Below the pieces are notes generated by a model. The model worked only from the letters and a program-made list of their open reading frames with translations. It searched no databases and was not told the origin of the DNA. DNA of 64,000 nt from Eledone cirrhosa (taxonomy: Eukaryota), in the NCBI GenBank assembly GCA_964016885.1, contig OZ024741.1, forward strand, positions 377,394,001-377,458,000, given 5' to 3'. Positions 25,950-38,374 of this stretch are shown one piece after another (the stretch's first letter is position 1; every line of letters starts with the position of its first letter). Made by a program: the position numbers and the translations under genes.

Positions 25950-28230
25950 ATTGTTTAACGTCAGGACAACAAAAACTGGAAAAAGAAAAAACTCCAAGAG
26001 GAAACATACCCAAAACAGCTGTACACGTAGATCCTAAAATAATTAATTTATCTAAAAGAGATCTTGACAATGATGAAATGCAAATTCTGTCAAAAGGACT
26101 GAAATTCACACCGATTCCAACAGTCAACCACCAAGAACTGACGGAGGATACCCAAGAATTCTGTCGAAAATTACGTCTTGTAGAATTCTTCGCTGATAAA
26201 AATAATGAGAGTGATGAATCACTAGTAAAGAATAAATCAAATTTCACTCCGCCAAAAGGAAGAAATATCTATCTCGACCAATACATTGACATCCTGTCTA
26301 AATTTCCTCTTAGACATAATACTAATGTTAGACCAAACATTAACAAATCAGAAATGTCTGGACTTAAACGTTTACAAAATGATAAAACAATAATAATTAA
26401 ACAAGCAGATAAAGGGGGTGCAGTTGTTATAATGGATACTGAATACTACAAGGATTTGGTTGAGGAACAACTGAAAGACACAACATTCTATCATGAAATA
26501 CCGTCAAATATAGACCACAACATCATGAAGAAGATCAACAACCTGGTTTCAAAATACCACAACTCATTTACTGATAATGAAAGAGACTACATCAACAATT
26601 TTGAGCCGAAACCAAGCAACCTGTATAGCCTACCGAAAGTTCATAATTCAAAAGAAATACAACTGGCAGTAACAGAACAAAACAGTGAGTACATTAAATT
26701 ATTACACCCAAAAGACTTAAAACTTACACCGTCTAAGCAATTTTGTTGACATTATTTTGAAACCACTATGTATTCACATACCCATTTTCATCCGGGATGA
26801 TATCGACTTCCTGTCCCATCTTCCCAAAACCACGGAAACGAATTCACTTTTACTCAGTTTTGATGTGGTAAGCCTTTACACCAACATTACACATGATTTA
26901 GGAATAAAGGCGGTTAAATACCGGGTGGAAAAACATAGAGAAGTGATTCCCATTAGATTCACAGCGCCATTTATATTAGACGCAGTTAAACTTATTCTGG
27001 AAAACAACACTTTCTTCTTCAATGGAAAGAATTACATCCAAATTAGAGGCACAGCGATGGGAACGAAGTTTGCTCCCGTTTACGCGAACTCTGTAATGGG
27101 ATACTTAGAACAACAACTCTACCAAGAAATAGAGCAAAAATATAGTACTGACTTTAGAAAGTACATTGAAAAATCTTGGAAGAGATACCTTGACGACTGT
27201 TTCATCATCTGGACAGAATCTCTAGATACACTGGATGAGTTCAATATCCTCCTGAATAACCTACACCCATCTCTCCAATTCACAAAAGAGATGAGTAGGA
27301 CCAAATTACCATCCTAGATATAATGATAATCAAAAACGACACCACCATTACCACGGATATATATTATAAACACACAGACACCCATCAATATCTGAATTTT
27401 AAGTCGTGCCATCCACCTCATACAAAACGCAACATCCCATACTGCCTAGCCAGAAGAATTTGTACCATTGTAGAAGATACGAATACCAGGTACAAACGCC
27501 TAACAGAACTAAGAGAATTTTGCTCAAACAAAAACACCCATCTCTACTTATAGAAAATGGCATACAACGGGCTATAAAAATACCTATACAACAACTTAGA
27601 ACAACCAAAGGAAGAAGAAACCAAGAACTGGTCATACCATTTATAATGACACACAACCCATATCACCAGAATATCTTCAACACTGCCAAAGCAAACCTAC
27701 CGATCATTGCTCAAAGTAATGAATTAAAAGGCTTAATCACAGATCGATCTTTGACTCTTAGTAAAAGACAGGCAAAAAATTTGAAGCAATTACTAACAAA
27801 AGCAAAGTTTGACCTTAACAACAAAGACCAATCATTCACTGTATCTAAATGCAATGATAGTCGATGCGGCACATGTCAATCCATACACGCCGGTCAATAT
27901 ATGAAAAGAAAAACTGGAAAAATATTCCCAAATGCAAATATGAACTGCAAAAGCAGAAATCTAATTTACTGCATTAAATGCCCGAATTGTGAAGAACTAT
28001 ATGTCGGTCAAACTGGAAATGCACTATCGGAACGTGCACGGGTACACCGTCAACAAATCAGAGACCCAAATGTCCGTCAGATACCCCTAAGCAACCACCT
28101 AGCAACATGTGGTCAGGGAATATTTATAATATTCCCATTTTACAAATTACACAGCCCAAGTGAAATCAAGAGAAAAATCAAAGAAAAGAGTTTTATTGAT
28201 AAATTCAAACCCAAGCTAAATGAACAATAA
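25950..28230 (+). pseudogene. Neptune-type PLE RT + GIY-YIG, frameshifted
   Basis: ORF pieces 26078-26749, 26757-27317, 27323-27553 and 27406-28230. Confidence 0.92.
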
Positions 28231-28607
28231 TAACGCTTAGGTGTATTACTTCTACTTCCACTATGACCACGACCACTAACAACAACAACAACAACAATAA
28301 TAATAATAATACAAGTGATGTTGATGGTGATGATTAATAGAAAATGCTATTTTCATCATTTCTAAAAATAGCAAAACAATTGATGATTTGGATATGATTA
28401 TTGGTCGTTAGCATGCTCAACCAGCCGTGACGCTTAAACCAATCAGCTTTAGTAATTCAGTGAAACTACACACTGATTGGTCGAAATACAGTTTACAGGG
28501 CTTAGCATTCTGGAGCCACTTTTCTCTGTATAAAATGTGTAAAAGGTAGGAAATTTACCCATCTCATTACAGTTCAAAATTGCAAACTCGACTGTCACCA
28601 CATATCA

Positions 28608-28645
28608 TGAACCTGAAGATTGCGAAAGCATGAAAGTACTTTGGA
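28608..28645 (+). ncRNA. Hammerhead-like motif in the family C 3' UTR
   Basis: CTGAAGA T-TGC-GAAA-GCA-T GAAA GTAC TT; palindromic AGTACT; stem I pairs poorly. Confidence 0.45.
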
Positions 28646-28944
28646 AAGAGATATACTTTAACTTTAATTATATCTCATAAAATAATACAACTGGTTTTTC
28701 CACATTATACATATTGTTAGCTCCCCAAACACTTAAATTGGGTTTATATTTAAATATAACCTAATGTTTGTTGAGTGAGATGGTTACCAGTCAGAGTTTA
28801 GCTTTAAACTATCTCTGTTATTGTATTAAATATTTACTCTTGATTGGCCAGAGGTGTTTATTTCCAGGTAACTTATGAATTTGACTTTCCGTATTTATTA
28901 CTGTTGTGAAATATTGTGGGTTTTTTTTGGTTGTAACTTCTCTG

Positions 28945-29345
28945 TTTTTTAGCCTAAGAAAATATATATATATGCCTACGTATATAATTACATGCATATA
29001 TTTATTTATTTTCTTTTATTAATTGTGTTCTTTACAAGAGGAATTAATATTGGTTTTGAAATAACTAATTAACCCGCGTGTGTTTTATATTTTACTCTTA
29101 ATTCGGCCGGAGAATTATATTCCCAGTTGCCCTTTATAGCATAACTTTCTGCATTTACTGCGGTTATGAGAAGCGGTTCTTATTCGGGTACAACTTCTGA
29201 TTTAGCCTAAGAAAATATCTATATGCGTGTGTACATTATACAAGCATATATTTATTTTTTTATTTTCAATTGAGTTCTGAAACACGTTGGAATGATATTG
29301 TTTTCAAAAAAACTAATTAACCCGCGTGTGTATTATTTTTTTTCC
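28945..29345 (+). repeat. Two diverged ~150-bp direct repeats (period ~253) in the family C 3' UTR
   Basis: TTTAGCCTAAGAAAATAT...AACTAATTAACCCGCGTGTGT occurs twice. Confidence 0.8.
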
Positions 29346-29525
29346 TCATTTCGTGGATCGTGGGTTGTCTCCCCTTCCCGCTTCGTGTCGCTATGATACT
29401 TCCTCAGCCAAAAACTGCTGGAATTTCAAATTTGGCGGTCATTCGAGGCGAGAAAGAGTATCTTTACGGACACGATTTTTGACAGCGGTAAGAAATTATT
29501 TTCTTATATCAAAGTTTAACGGGCT

Positions 29526-29648
29526 TCCACTGATGATTTATAAGTGCCCACCTAAATATATTCTTACATGAATATATATTAGGCTGCTACATAAAATGGA
29601 AATATTCTCCCAACTTGTAGAAAACTTATAATGAAACAATTGTTGTTC
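29526..29648 (+). ncRNA. Hammerhead-like motif with large structured loop II, family C
   Basis: CTGATGA T-TTATAAGT...ACTTATAA-T GAAA CAATTG TT; palindromic ACAATTGT; stem I weak. Confidence 0.55.
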
Positions 29649-29828
29649 AATTAACACTTAGAATTTAATATTCTATCATACTATTTCATTTTAATACCAT
29701 TATATATTATATGTTTTAAAGGATTGTAAATAAAACGAGTAAATCAGACAAAGTTGGAATTCCTCTTATTAATATAATCTTCTATACACAATCATACACA
29801 CCCGTGTATATTTACCTATCTATATCTA

Positions 29829-29868
<40 letters not shown>

Positions 29869-30162
29869 TTAAGCTTTTTATTATCACCATCTATTATACT
29901 ATAATATATTCTATATCGTACTGTAATTCTCGCATTATATTCCCATTCGTGTTTCAAGTTTTTGCATTATATAATATTTACAATGTTTGTTCAACATGTT
30001 AATCACTTCCTTGCTATTTGGTCTATATCTATGTTTGTAACTGCTCGCTCTTAATCTTAGCCTACTTTTCATTGATATCCTTCCTAGGCTTTAATAGATG
30101 TATACTCCATATTCTTCTGAGTTTTTGGTTTGTATTAGCCGATAGTGCTTCTTGTAGCTTTA

Positions 30163-30207
30163 GTTGCCCTGATGAGTCCTTAATAGGACGAAACATTGTT
30201 AGCTAAT
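30163..30207 (+). ncRNA. Minimal type I hammerhead ribozyme, family B 3' pLTR
   Basis: Same core as 20124-20168; one stem I substitution. Confidence 0.8.
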
Positions 30208-30352
30208 AAAAACTTTTGATGTATTGAAGGCTTCTTTGGTTTATTTTTTATAATTCTTCGGCTCTGTTTAATTACATTGAGCTATATCTTATACTGTCAT
30301 TTCTATAATATGAAGAGTGTGTTTAACTCCAACACACTCTAGTATTTTAATT

Positions 30353-30492
<140 letters not shown>

Positions 30493-31108
30493 GAAATAAC
30501 CAAAGAGTGCTTAGAAATACATTGTTTAATTAGCTAACAGTGTTTAATCCATACCCCATGGCAGGAATCATCAGAGCCTATAAACAAGAGTATATCAATT
30601 GTTGCATGCTCCATCGAGCTGCGTCACCAGAACAAGGTTGCATGGAGCAAGGAGGTCCCGAGTCCAGCGCTATATGGAAAAATACAGAATACGTGATGCA
30701 CATAATTTCATAAAATGTCTTAAAAAATTACATCAACTATTTAAAATTAAAAATTACACCAAAAACGCATCACTTAAATGGTGCAATAGATGATAAAGAG
30801 GTTGGGCGAGGGTAGCAAGGGATGAGTGAAGGCATTACTCAGCATGATCAGATCATACATTTGGTTTAAATTTTAATTTTAAATTTTAAATTGTTGTTGT
30901 AATTTTTTAAAGACATTTTATGACATTATGTGCATCATGTATTCTGTCTTTTTCCATATAGCGCTGGCCTAAGGAACCCCTTGCTGGTCCCTTAACCTTG
31001 TTCTGGTGACGCAGCCCGAAGGTGCATGCAGCTATTGATATACTCTTGTTTATAGGCTCTGATGATTCCTGCCATGGGGTATGGATGAAACACTCTTTGG
31101 TTATTCCT
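30493..31108. mobile_element. Non-coding foldback element with a hammerhead remnant in each arm
   Basis: Inverted arms ~30493-30755 and ~30868-31108; consensus GGCT CTGATGA TTCC..TGGAT GAAA CACTG TT AGCT (30532-30578 minus with GAAA>TAAA; 31055-31095 plus with a 3' deletion). Confidence 0.75.
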
Positions 31109-31512
31109 ATAACTATAACGGCTCTGTAGTATACTAGTTATCCTACTTTGAGCTAAAACCACACTGTCATACCAATGGCAATACATCATCGTATCTGGGC
31201 GTATTGATATATTTGTCAACGAAACTATATATATATATATAATATGGCAACATGACCCTCCATTAGTATAACGATATATATATATACACACACACCCCAC
31301 ATGCACAGATATATATAATATGTATACTGAATATATATACATATTAAGTGTTTCCGTAGGAAAGGTAAAGGAAAGGAGAGTGCCGTAAGTAAACCACATA
31401 AGTATTTCGTTATGTAATAAATAACATAAGACAATTTTGAAGACCTTGCGCTATCATTGTAAAGTAGTGACTATGTCAATTACTTCTTTTTTCGGCAAAT
31501 GAAGGGATAGAA

Positions 31513-31553
31513 GCTGACATATTCTGTTTCACACTGTTGGTGTTCCTCAGAGC
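31513..31553 (-). ncRNA. Type I hammerhead ribozyme with canonical core
   Basis: Reverse complement: GCT CTGAGGA ACAC-CAACA-GTGT GAAA CA-GAATA-TG TC AGC; GUC triplet. Confidence 0.88.
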
Positions 31554-31825
31554 AACGTACTCCCGACCTCTTCCGAAAAGTACAGAGGCTGGATTCTTAT
31601 AGAATTCCAGTAATAATCAGGAACTGATTATGCAAGGCGATTGCCGGTTCAGCAAAAATTAGAAATTTGGATTGTTGCTCTGAAATAGCGATGTATACAT
31701 GCACCAATCCTAAATTTTATTTTTGCTAGACCAACAATCGCTCTGTATAATCAGTTCGTAATTATTACTGGAATTCTATAAGAATCCAGCCTCTATAATT
31801 TTCGACAGAGGTCGGGATGTACGTT

Positions 31826-31866
31826 GCTCTGAGGAAGACCAACACTGTGAAGCAGAATCTGTCAGC
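31826..31866 (+). ncRNA. Hammerhead copy, mutated (GAAG, broken stem II)
   Basis: GCT CTGAGGA AGAC CAACA CTGT GAAG CAGAATCTG TC AGC. Confidence 0.6.
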
Positions 31867-32143
31867 CTCTCTCCCTTCCTTTGGCGAAAAAAGAAGTAAA
31901 TGACATAGTCACTACTTTAAAATGATAGTGCAAGGTCTTCAAAATGTTTTTAATTAAACATACGGTATATTACCAAATATACTATACATACATTCATGTA
32001 TATATCGCTATTTCAGAGCACCAATCCTAATTTCTAATTTTTGCTAGACCGGCATTCGCTCTGTATAATCAGTTCCTGATTATTACTGGAATCCTATAAG
32101 AACCCAGCCTCTATAATTTTCGGCAGAGATCGGGTAGTACACT

Positions 32144-32184
32144 GCTCTGATGAACACCAACAGCATGAAACAGAATATGTCAGC
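32144..32184 (+). ncRNA. Hammerhead copy, intact core with weakened stem II
   Basis: GCT CTGATGA ACAC CAACA GCAT GAAA CAGAATATG TC AGC. Confidence 0.7.
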
Positions 32185-32310
32185 TTCTCTCCCTTCCATT
32201 ACCGAACAAATAAGTAAGTGACATAGTCCCTACATTAAAATATTAGCGCAAGGTCTTCAAAAGGTTTTTAATTAAACATACGGTATATTACCAAATATAT
32301 TATACATACA

Positions 32311-32726
32311 TAACGGATAAAAGTTATAAAAGGAGGAAGGAGAGTTCAGGGTCTATAAAAGGTTAAGACGGGTGGAGAGAGAGAAGGTGGTCGGTGTGTA
32401 TGTGTTAAAGGTATGACAGAAAAAGGGGGAGGGTATATTTAAAATAATAAGTGGTAGTTAACTGTTTATAATGGTTGTGGTATGTATGTGTACATAAATA
32501 GATCTGGGTAGAGTTAATTTGTAAAAAGAGGAAGTTTAGGGGGGTTGAGAGTTCATATTATACCAGCTGGAAAGAAGATGTGATTTCAAGTCTGGATAAA
32601 TTCTGGAGATCACAGTTTTAGAATTGAGGCAAGTAGTAGCAAGTTTTCACATTTTGCAGTATTCTGTACTTTTCGGTTATACACAAAGGATATTTCTTTG
32701 TGCCTCTCTGGTTTTCTTTTGAGTAG

Positions 32727-32730
<4 letters not shown>
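32311..32730 (-). mobile_element. 3' end fragment of a Hydra-type PLE
   Basis: Minus translation PLCITEKYRILQNVK...LKSHLLSS resembles the C-terminus of ORF 8863-9618; a shorter inverted copy lies at 36470-36538. Confidence 0.7.
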
Positions 32731-32782
<52 letters not shown>

Positions 32783-32785
<3 letters not shown>

Positions 32786-33895
32786 ATTTTAGAAAGATTC
32801 CCCAAAGAATTCATCTTGGAAGGACTTAAATTAGTATTGGAAAACAACCACTTCCTCTTTGACAACGAACTTTATCTACAAATAAAAGGAACAGCCATGG
32901 GTACCAAAGTGGCCCCTACATATGCAACGCTCGTTATGGGTCACTTAGAGGCAAAATTATATTCCCAACTACAGATAACATTCAGTCACGACTTCGCCTT
33001 CTACATTAATAAAAACTGGAAACGTTACCTAGATGACTGCTTCATCGTCTGCAACAGAAGCGAAACAGACCTACACAAATTTTATTCGATCTTAAACAGG
33101 CTTCCTGAAGCTATACTATTCACTATGGAATGTAACGAAAAGGAACTGCCCTTTCTAGATATCCTCATCATTAAAGAAGGGGAAAATATCATAACGGACC
33201 TATTTTGCAAACCCACTGACACACACACCAATACTTAAATTTCCGGTCAGCACTCCCCTCACATACGAAAAGGAACATTCCCTTCAACATGGCAAGGCGC
33301 ATCTGCACTATAGCAACACACCCCGTACTACAAGAAAAAAGATTATGTGACCTGAAAAAATTCCTTAAAAAACAAGAATACCCTATGAAACTCATCAACG
33401 CAGCCATCTCCAAGGCTAAGAACATCCCAATAACAACACTGAGAAAACCAAACCCACAACATAAAAAAGAAAACCCTGCTATCTCTTTTGTCATCACTCA
33501 CAACCCAGGGAACGTCAACATTGTGAAAACTGCTAAGCAGTATCTCCTGTGAACTCATCGAAGAGGGCAAACAGTTGTCCTTCAAAAACCATGATAATTT
33601 CAAGATCAATGCAAACATGAACTACAAAACGAAAAACCTAATATATTGCGCAACATGTCCACAGTGTAAACCGGAACGGGACTACATGATAGAGTCCGGG
33701 TACATAAACAATAAATTAAAGACGCCAAAGTCAGAAATACCACATGTAGCGCACACTTTACATCATGCGGGAAGGGAAAATTCACAATCTTCCCTTTCTT
33801 CAAGATATGGTCGGATAACGAACATTTCCGCAGATATAAAGAAGAATTCTTCATTGAAAAATTTAAACCACTACTGAACACGAAAAAATGAATTA
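32783..33895 (+). mobile_element. Truncated Neptune-type PLE (RT B'/C, thumb, deleted GIY-YIG), related to family C
   Basis: GTAMGTKVAPTYA, WKRYLDD, LPFLD, ARRICTI, NLIYCATCPQC; starts directly after (TA)n. Confidence 0.9.
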
Positions 33896-33944
33896 ACACC
33901 TCATCTTATGTGTACACATGAATATCTGAGTGAACGGTGAGACA

Positions 33945-34054
33945 CACACATATATATGTGTAGGTATGTATGGATGTATGTACGTGTGGGTATATATGTA
34001 TGTGGGTGTGTGTATGTGTGTGTATATATATGTATGGATGTGTGTATGTATGTA

Positions 34055-34099
<45 letters not shown>

Positions 34100-34368
34100 G
34101 TATATGTATATGTGTATGTATATATATATATGTATATGTATATGTGTATGTATATATGTGTGTATATATATATATGTATATGTATATGTATATCTGTGTG
34201 TATATGTATATGTATGTATATATGTGTATATATATATGTATATGTATATGTATATGTATGTGTATATGTATGTGTATGTGTATGTGTATATATGTGTGTA
34301 TATATGTATGTGTATATGTATATGTGTGTGTATATGTATATATGTGTGTATATACATACATATATATG
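33945..34368. repeat. Degenerate (TA/TG)n microsatellite
   Basis: Directly visible. Confidence 0.95.
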
Positions 34369-34585
34369 TCAGGTCCCCAGTTGGTGCTACTGGTAACATG
34401 TATCCCAGTACAACCTGTCTCATGGTCGGGTCGTTGGCGACTAAACTGGCAACCCCACCAAGGTTTCTTGGTGAGGAGGGTGACTTTGGACATCCTGCAG
34501 GACTTAAAACAAAACCTGTCAAAGGGCAAAGCAGTTCTTAAGAGTCAATGGCCATCCAAAATCACCGGGAGAGATGACCCCTTAG
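34369..34585 (+). repeat. Dispersed GC-richer repeat, probable LINE 5' leader; second copy inverted at ~42945-43090
   Basis: Shared GTAACATGTA.CCCAGTACAAC...GGTCGGGTCG..GACTAAACTGGCAACCCCACCAAG. Confidence 0.6.
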
Positions 34586-34940
34586 CCTTTGTCAAGGCAG
34601 AATTCTAGGAGAAGGAAAACTCTGATATAACACCTGCAACCCAGATGGTATCCAATGATGTTGACTTGTTCTTCTTTTTGATAAATATCATCTCGGTTAA
34701 GAGAGTGGGACTGGCTTTGTGCAGTGCCTTTGCTCACTATAAAAGCTTCACGGCACAGGCATTGCTTTATATCTGGAGATCTCTCTGCACTTGTCATCAC
34801 ATCGTATCATGGGCCCAGCACTATGTGTCAATATTTGTCACAAGTGTATTGTTTGTACCAGAGTTTTCAAGTCGCTGGCTGGACTAAAATGTCACACTCG
34901 TTCAGCGCATCAATAGGGTTTCTCCTACATGGATATAAAG

Positions 34941-34972
34941 TAGTGGCCTACTCGAAAACGAGTTGGCAGCCA

Positions 34973-35034
<62 letters not shown>

Positions 35035-35064
35035 TGGCTGCCAACTCGTTTTGGAGTAGGCCAC

Positions 35065-35066
<2 letters not shown>
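34941..35066. repeat. Palindrome: ~35-bp inverted arms around (TA)n
   Basis: TAGTGGCCTACTCGAAAACGAGTTGGCAGCCACCA-(TA)n-reverse complement, one mismatch. Confidence 0.92.
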
Positions 35067-35095
<29 letters not shown>

Positions 35096-35127
35096 ATGTA
35101 TATATATGTATATGTATATGTATGTGT

Positions 35128-35244
35128 ATATTTGACGACATGGTGTGTTTGCTTACAGTGTACCTTCGGTTTATGATAATATTTTTATATTATTCAAATA
35201 GCGAGGTATAGTTAACCCATACACTATAGAAACAATTGTTACCT
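35128..35244 (+). ncRNA. Hammerhead-like motif with long stem II insert
   Basis: TTGACGA C-ATGGTGTG...TACACTAT-A GAAA CAATTG TT, then AATAAA; stem I essentially lost. Confidence 0.45.
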
Positions 35245-36437
35245 AATAAATTCTTTATACCCGCATTTCCGTTTAATAAACTTCTTCTCCATATATATAT
35301 ATATAGATATATGTCTATATGTGTGTGTATGTATATGTATGTATCTATGTGTGTGTGTGTGTGTGTATGTATGTGCATATATGTATCTATGTGTGTCTGT
35401 ATGTGTTTATGTGTATATATATACATATATATATATATGTATGTGTGTCTGTATGCCTCTATATATATTTATATGTTCGTATGTGTGTGTGTGTGTATGC
35501 ATGTATGTGTCAACGGATGTATATATACGGACATATGTATATATGTGTGTGTGTGTGTGTGTACACGCGTGTGTGTGTGTGTATGTGTGTGTGTATGTGT
35601 ATATATGTATATTTAGTTATGTATCTTTATGTGTGTATATATATGTATATGTATGTATATATATATATATATACCCATGTGGAGGTATGAGTACATATTC
35701 GTGTGTGTACATATGTGTATATGTGTTTTTATATGTGTCTTGATATGTTTTTATGTATGTATGTGGATGTATATGTACATGGGTGTGTGATTGATGGTGT
35801 GTGCCTATATATTCCTACATATGTCCGTGTGTGTATGTACGTATATACGCACATATGTGTGTGTTGAACAAAGGACTAATTTTGGGATGGACGTAGAAAA
35901 ATTCTTCAGAAAAAAATAATATAATTGTTTACGAGCTTGGCAGGTGCGGTTTGCCTATGTCCATTTTCGATACAAAGGAATACTAAAAGCTTTTTCCCCT
36001 GAATAAAGGAATTTTTCGACAATGACCGGGGCAGGCCGCGCTTGCTACATTTCTCCCCACCCAACACTACTCCCTGTCTCAATTCATCACTTCTATTAAC
36101 ATTTTTTCAACACACCTACACCCCTATACTTATTAAAGGGGAGAAAAAAAACCCCCACCACACCACAAACATGTTAAATACCTATATATAGAACAACACA
36201 CCACATACACATCAGTTTGACAAGCGCACCTCAGCGTGAAAGGTCTTTCTAAAAACGAAACAATACCTCCTACGTTAAACAAGAACTCCTAAGACCTAAC
36301 CAACAACCAATGACTTAATTTATAAAAAATAAAAAAAAAATTTTTTTTCTAATCCGGAAAAAAATTATTTTGCGATTTTGTGAAGAAAATAAATTTGTTG
36401 AAAGCACAAGTGAAGCCATTTTTTCTTCCCCGCTGTC

Positions 36438-36474
<37 letters not shown>

Positions 36475-36545
36475 CTACTCAAAAGAAAACCAGAAAGGCA
36501 GAAAAAATATCCTTTGTGTATAACCGAAAAGTTCACAAATAGTCC

Positions 36546-36891
<346 letters not shown>

Positions 36892-36909
36892 CATATATAC
36901 ATATACATA

Positions 36910-37180
36910 TATTCCTATGGGTTGACCCGTTTGTAAACGAACGACCGGACTTTAAGTTGCGCCGGGCTGGTGACCGATCGTCACCTGTTTGTTCAATACA
37001 ACTTTCAGGAACAATCAGAATGTGTCTGGGTCATTAACCTTCATCAAGCTTGTATACCTATGCCAGTGTGTTGAGAAATCAGGTGACGACCTGTTACTGG
37101 CATGGCACTGCTTCAAATTGGGCCCTTTGTTTACAAACGAATCGAGCATTATTATTAATGTTCGATACAACCCATACGTA
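36910..37180. mobile_element. MITE-like element with imperfect ~100-bp inverted ends
   Basis: TATGGGTT..CGTTTGTAAAC at the left and its reverse complement at the right; same end family as 43148-43605 and 44880-45006. Confidence 0.6.
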
Positions 37181-38105
37181 CATATGTATATGTATATATA
37201 TGTGTGTATTAGGAATAAACTTAAAGTTACCACCATTTAAATATAACTACTATAGCTTACTAATATTTTATTCATTTAATTAATATATGGGTAGATAGTA
37301 ATAAAATCAGACCATTAATGTATTATTGGAAAAATATTGTATTTAAAATTAAATATAAAAATTTAAATATAAATAGCATTATATAAAAGGATTCACTTAT
37401 AACATAAAATATTGTATATATTGTACATACAAATTAATCGCCAATTACCTCCCCTTTTACATTAGCTCCCCTTAATATAGATCTCTAATTCACTTCCTGA
37501 AATTAAACCGTTAGACAGATCACGCTAGAACAACTCGAACCCTTGATAAGATTGTATTAGTACCAATGTAAAATCTATAGTTGTAACTACTGATAAACAT
37601 TCACTAAAATATAACCAATGTAATGGAAAGGAAAACCTTAATATGAATACTCACAACACATGTACATTTAAACATTACCGGAACAATTATCACATTACAT
37701 CCACCATAAACTTCATAGAAACTACTTTTCATACACAAGCATCTCTGTCTGCTTAATATGCTGTTAAACCTGTATTGTATTATGTGATACCTTTGACATA
37801 CTGTGATATATATGCTTAGTACTATTGCATGTTTCTTACCTAACTATTCTGTACATGCCTAACACATCTGCACTATTTCTATACGCTTGCATATGTACTG
37901 CTAATGTCCGCGTTTTGGGAGTAACTTCTTTAATTCCGCTATAATTGTTATATTATTCTTTTATAATCTTTGTCGCATCCATTGATACTGACGACATCAT
38001 CTCCACTCTTTAAATATGACACTGTTAATGACACCACTAATATTTATGTATCTTTACGATTGTTCTGTTGGATAAGAGGTTAATTATATGTCTAAATTTT
38101 GCTAG

Positions 38106-38152
38106 TGCACCGATGAAATCAAACGTAAGTTTGGAAGAAACAATTGTCATCA
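38106..38152 (+). ncRNA. Hammerhead-like motif (U4C) near the 3' end of an AT-rich segment resembling a PLE 3' UTR
   Basis: CCGATGA AA-TCAAAC-GTAA-GTTTGG-AA GAAA CAATTG TC, then AATAAA; stem I weak. Confidence 0.45.
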
Positions 38153-38374
38153 ATAAAATGTTTTGAACATAGATTTGATTATTCTGTAGTTTATATTTCA
38201 TTATTCTGTAATTTATATTCCTGCTCTGTAAAACATCTGATGTATTTACATTGAGTTATTTTTTCTTACTGGTAATAAGGTAGTGTTGAATTACTGACCG
38301 TTCCTATTTATAATTATATAAAGTGTATATATAAGTATAAATAATATTATTATTATTATATATATATATATGTA

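Larger units (their letters stand above)
24385..29830 (+). mobile_element. Full-length Neptune-type Penelope-like element, family C
   Basis: IINLS..LSKGLKF, KQADKGG, FDVVSLYTNI, GTAMGTKFAP, WKRYLDD, SCHP, C-x4-C-x2-C linker (KCNDSRCGTC), NLIYCIKCPNC..YVGQT; terminal direct repeats ~24520-24655 and ~29692-29825 plus a 5' inverted segment 24385-24517. Confidence 0.92.
31430..32310. mobile_element. Hammerhead-bearing ~318-bp unit: one inverted and two tandem copies (retrozyme-like/pLTR array)
   Basis: Minus copy 31430-31701; plus copies with CUGA boxes at 31829 and 32147 (period 318). Confidence 0.85.

Noticed and set aside
35870-36060. Further Hydra-type endonuclease remnant
   Set aside because: Only faint CxxC/LNK-like traces; too decayed to support
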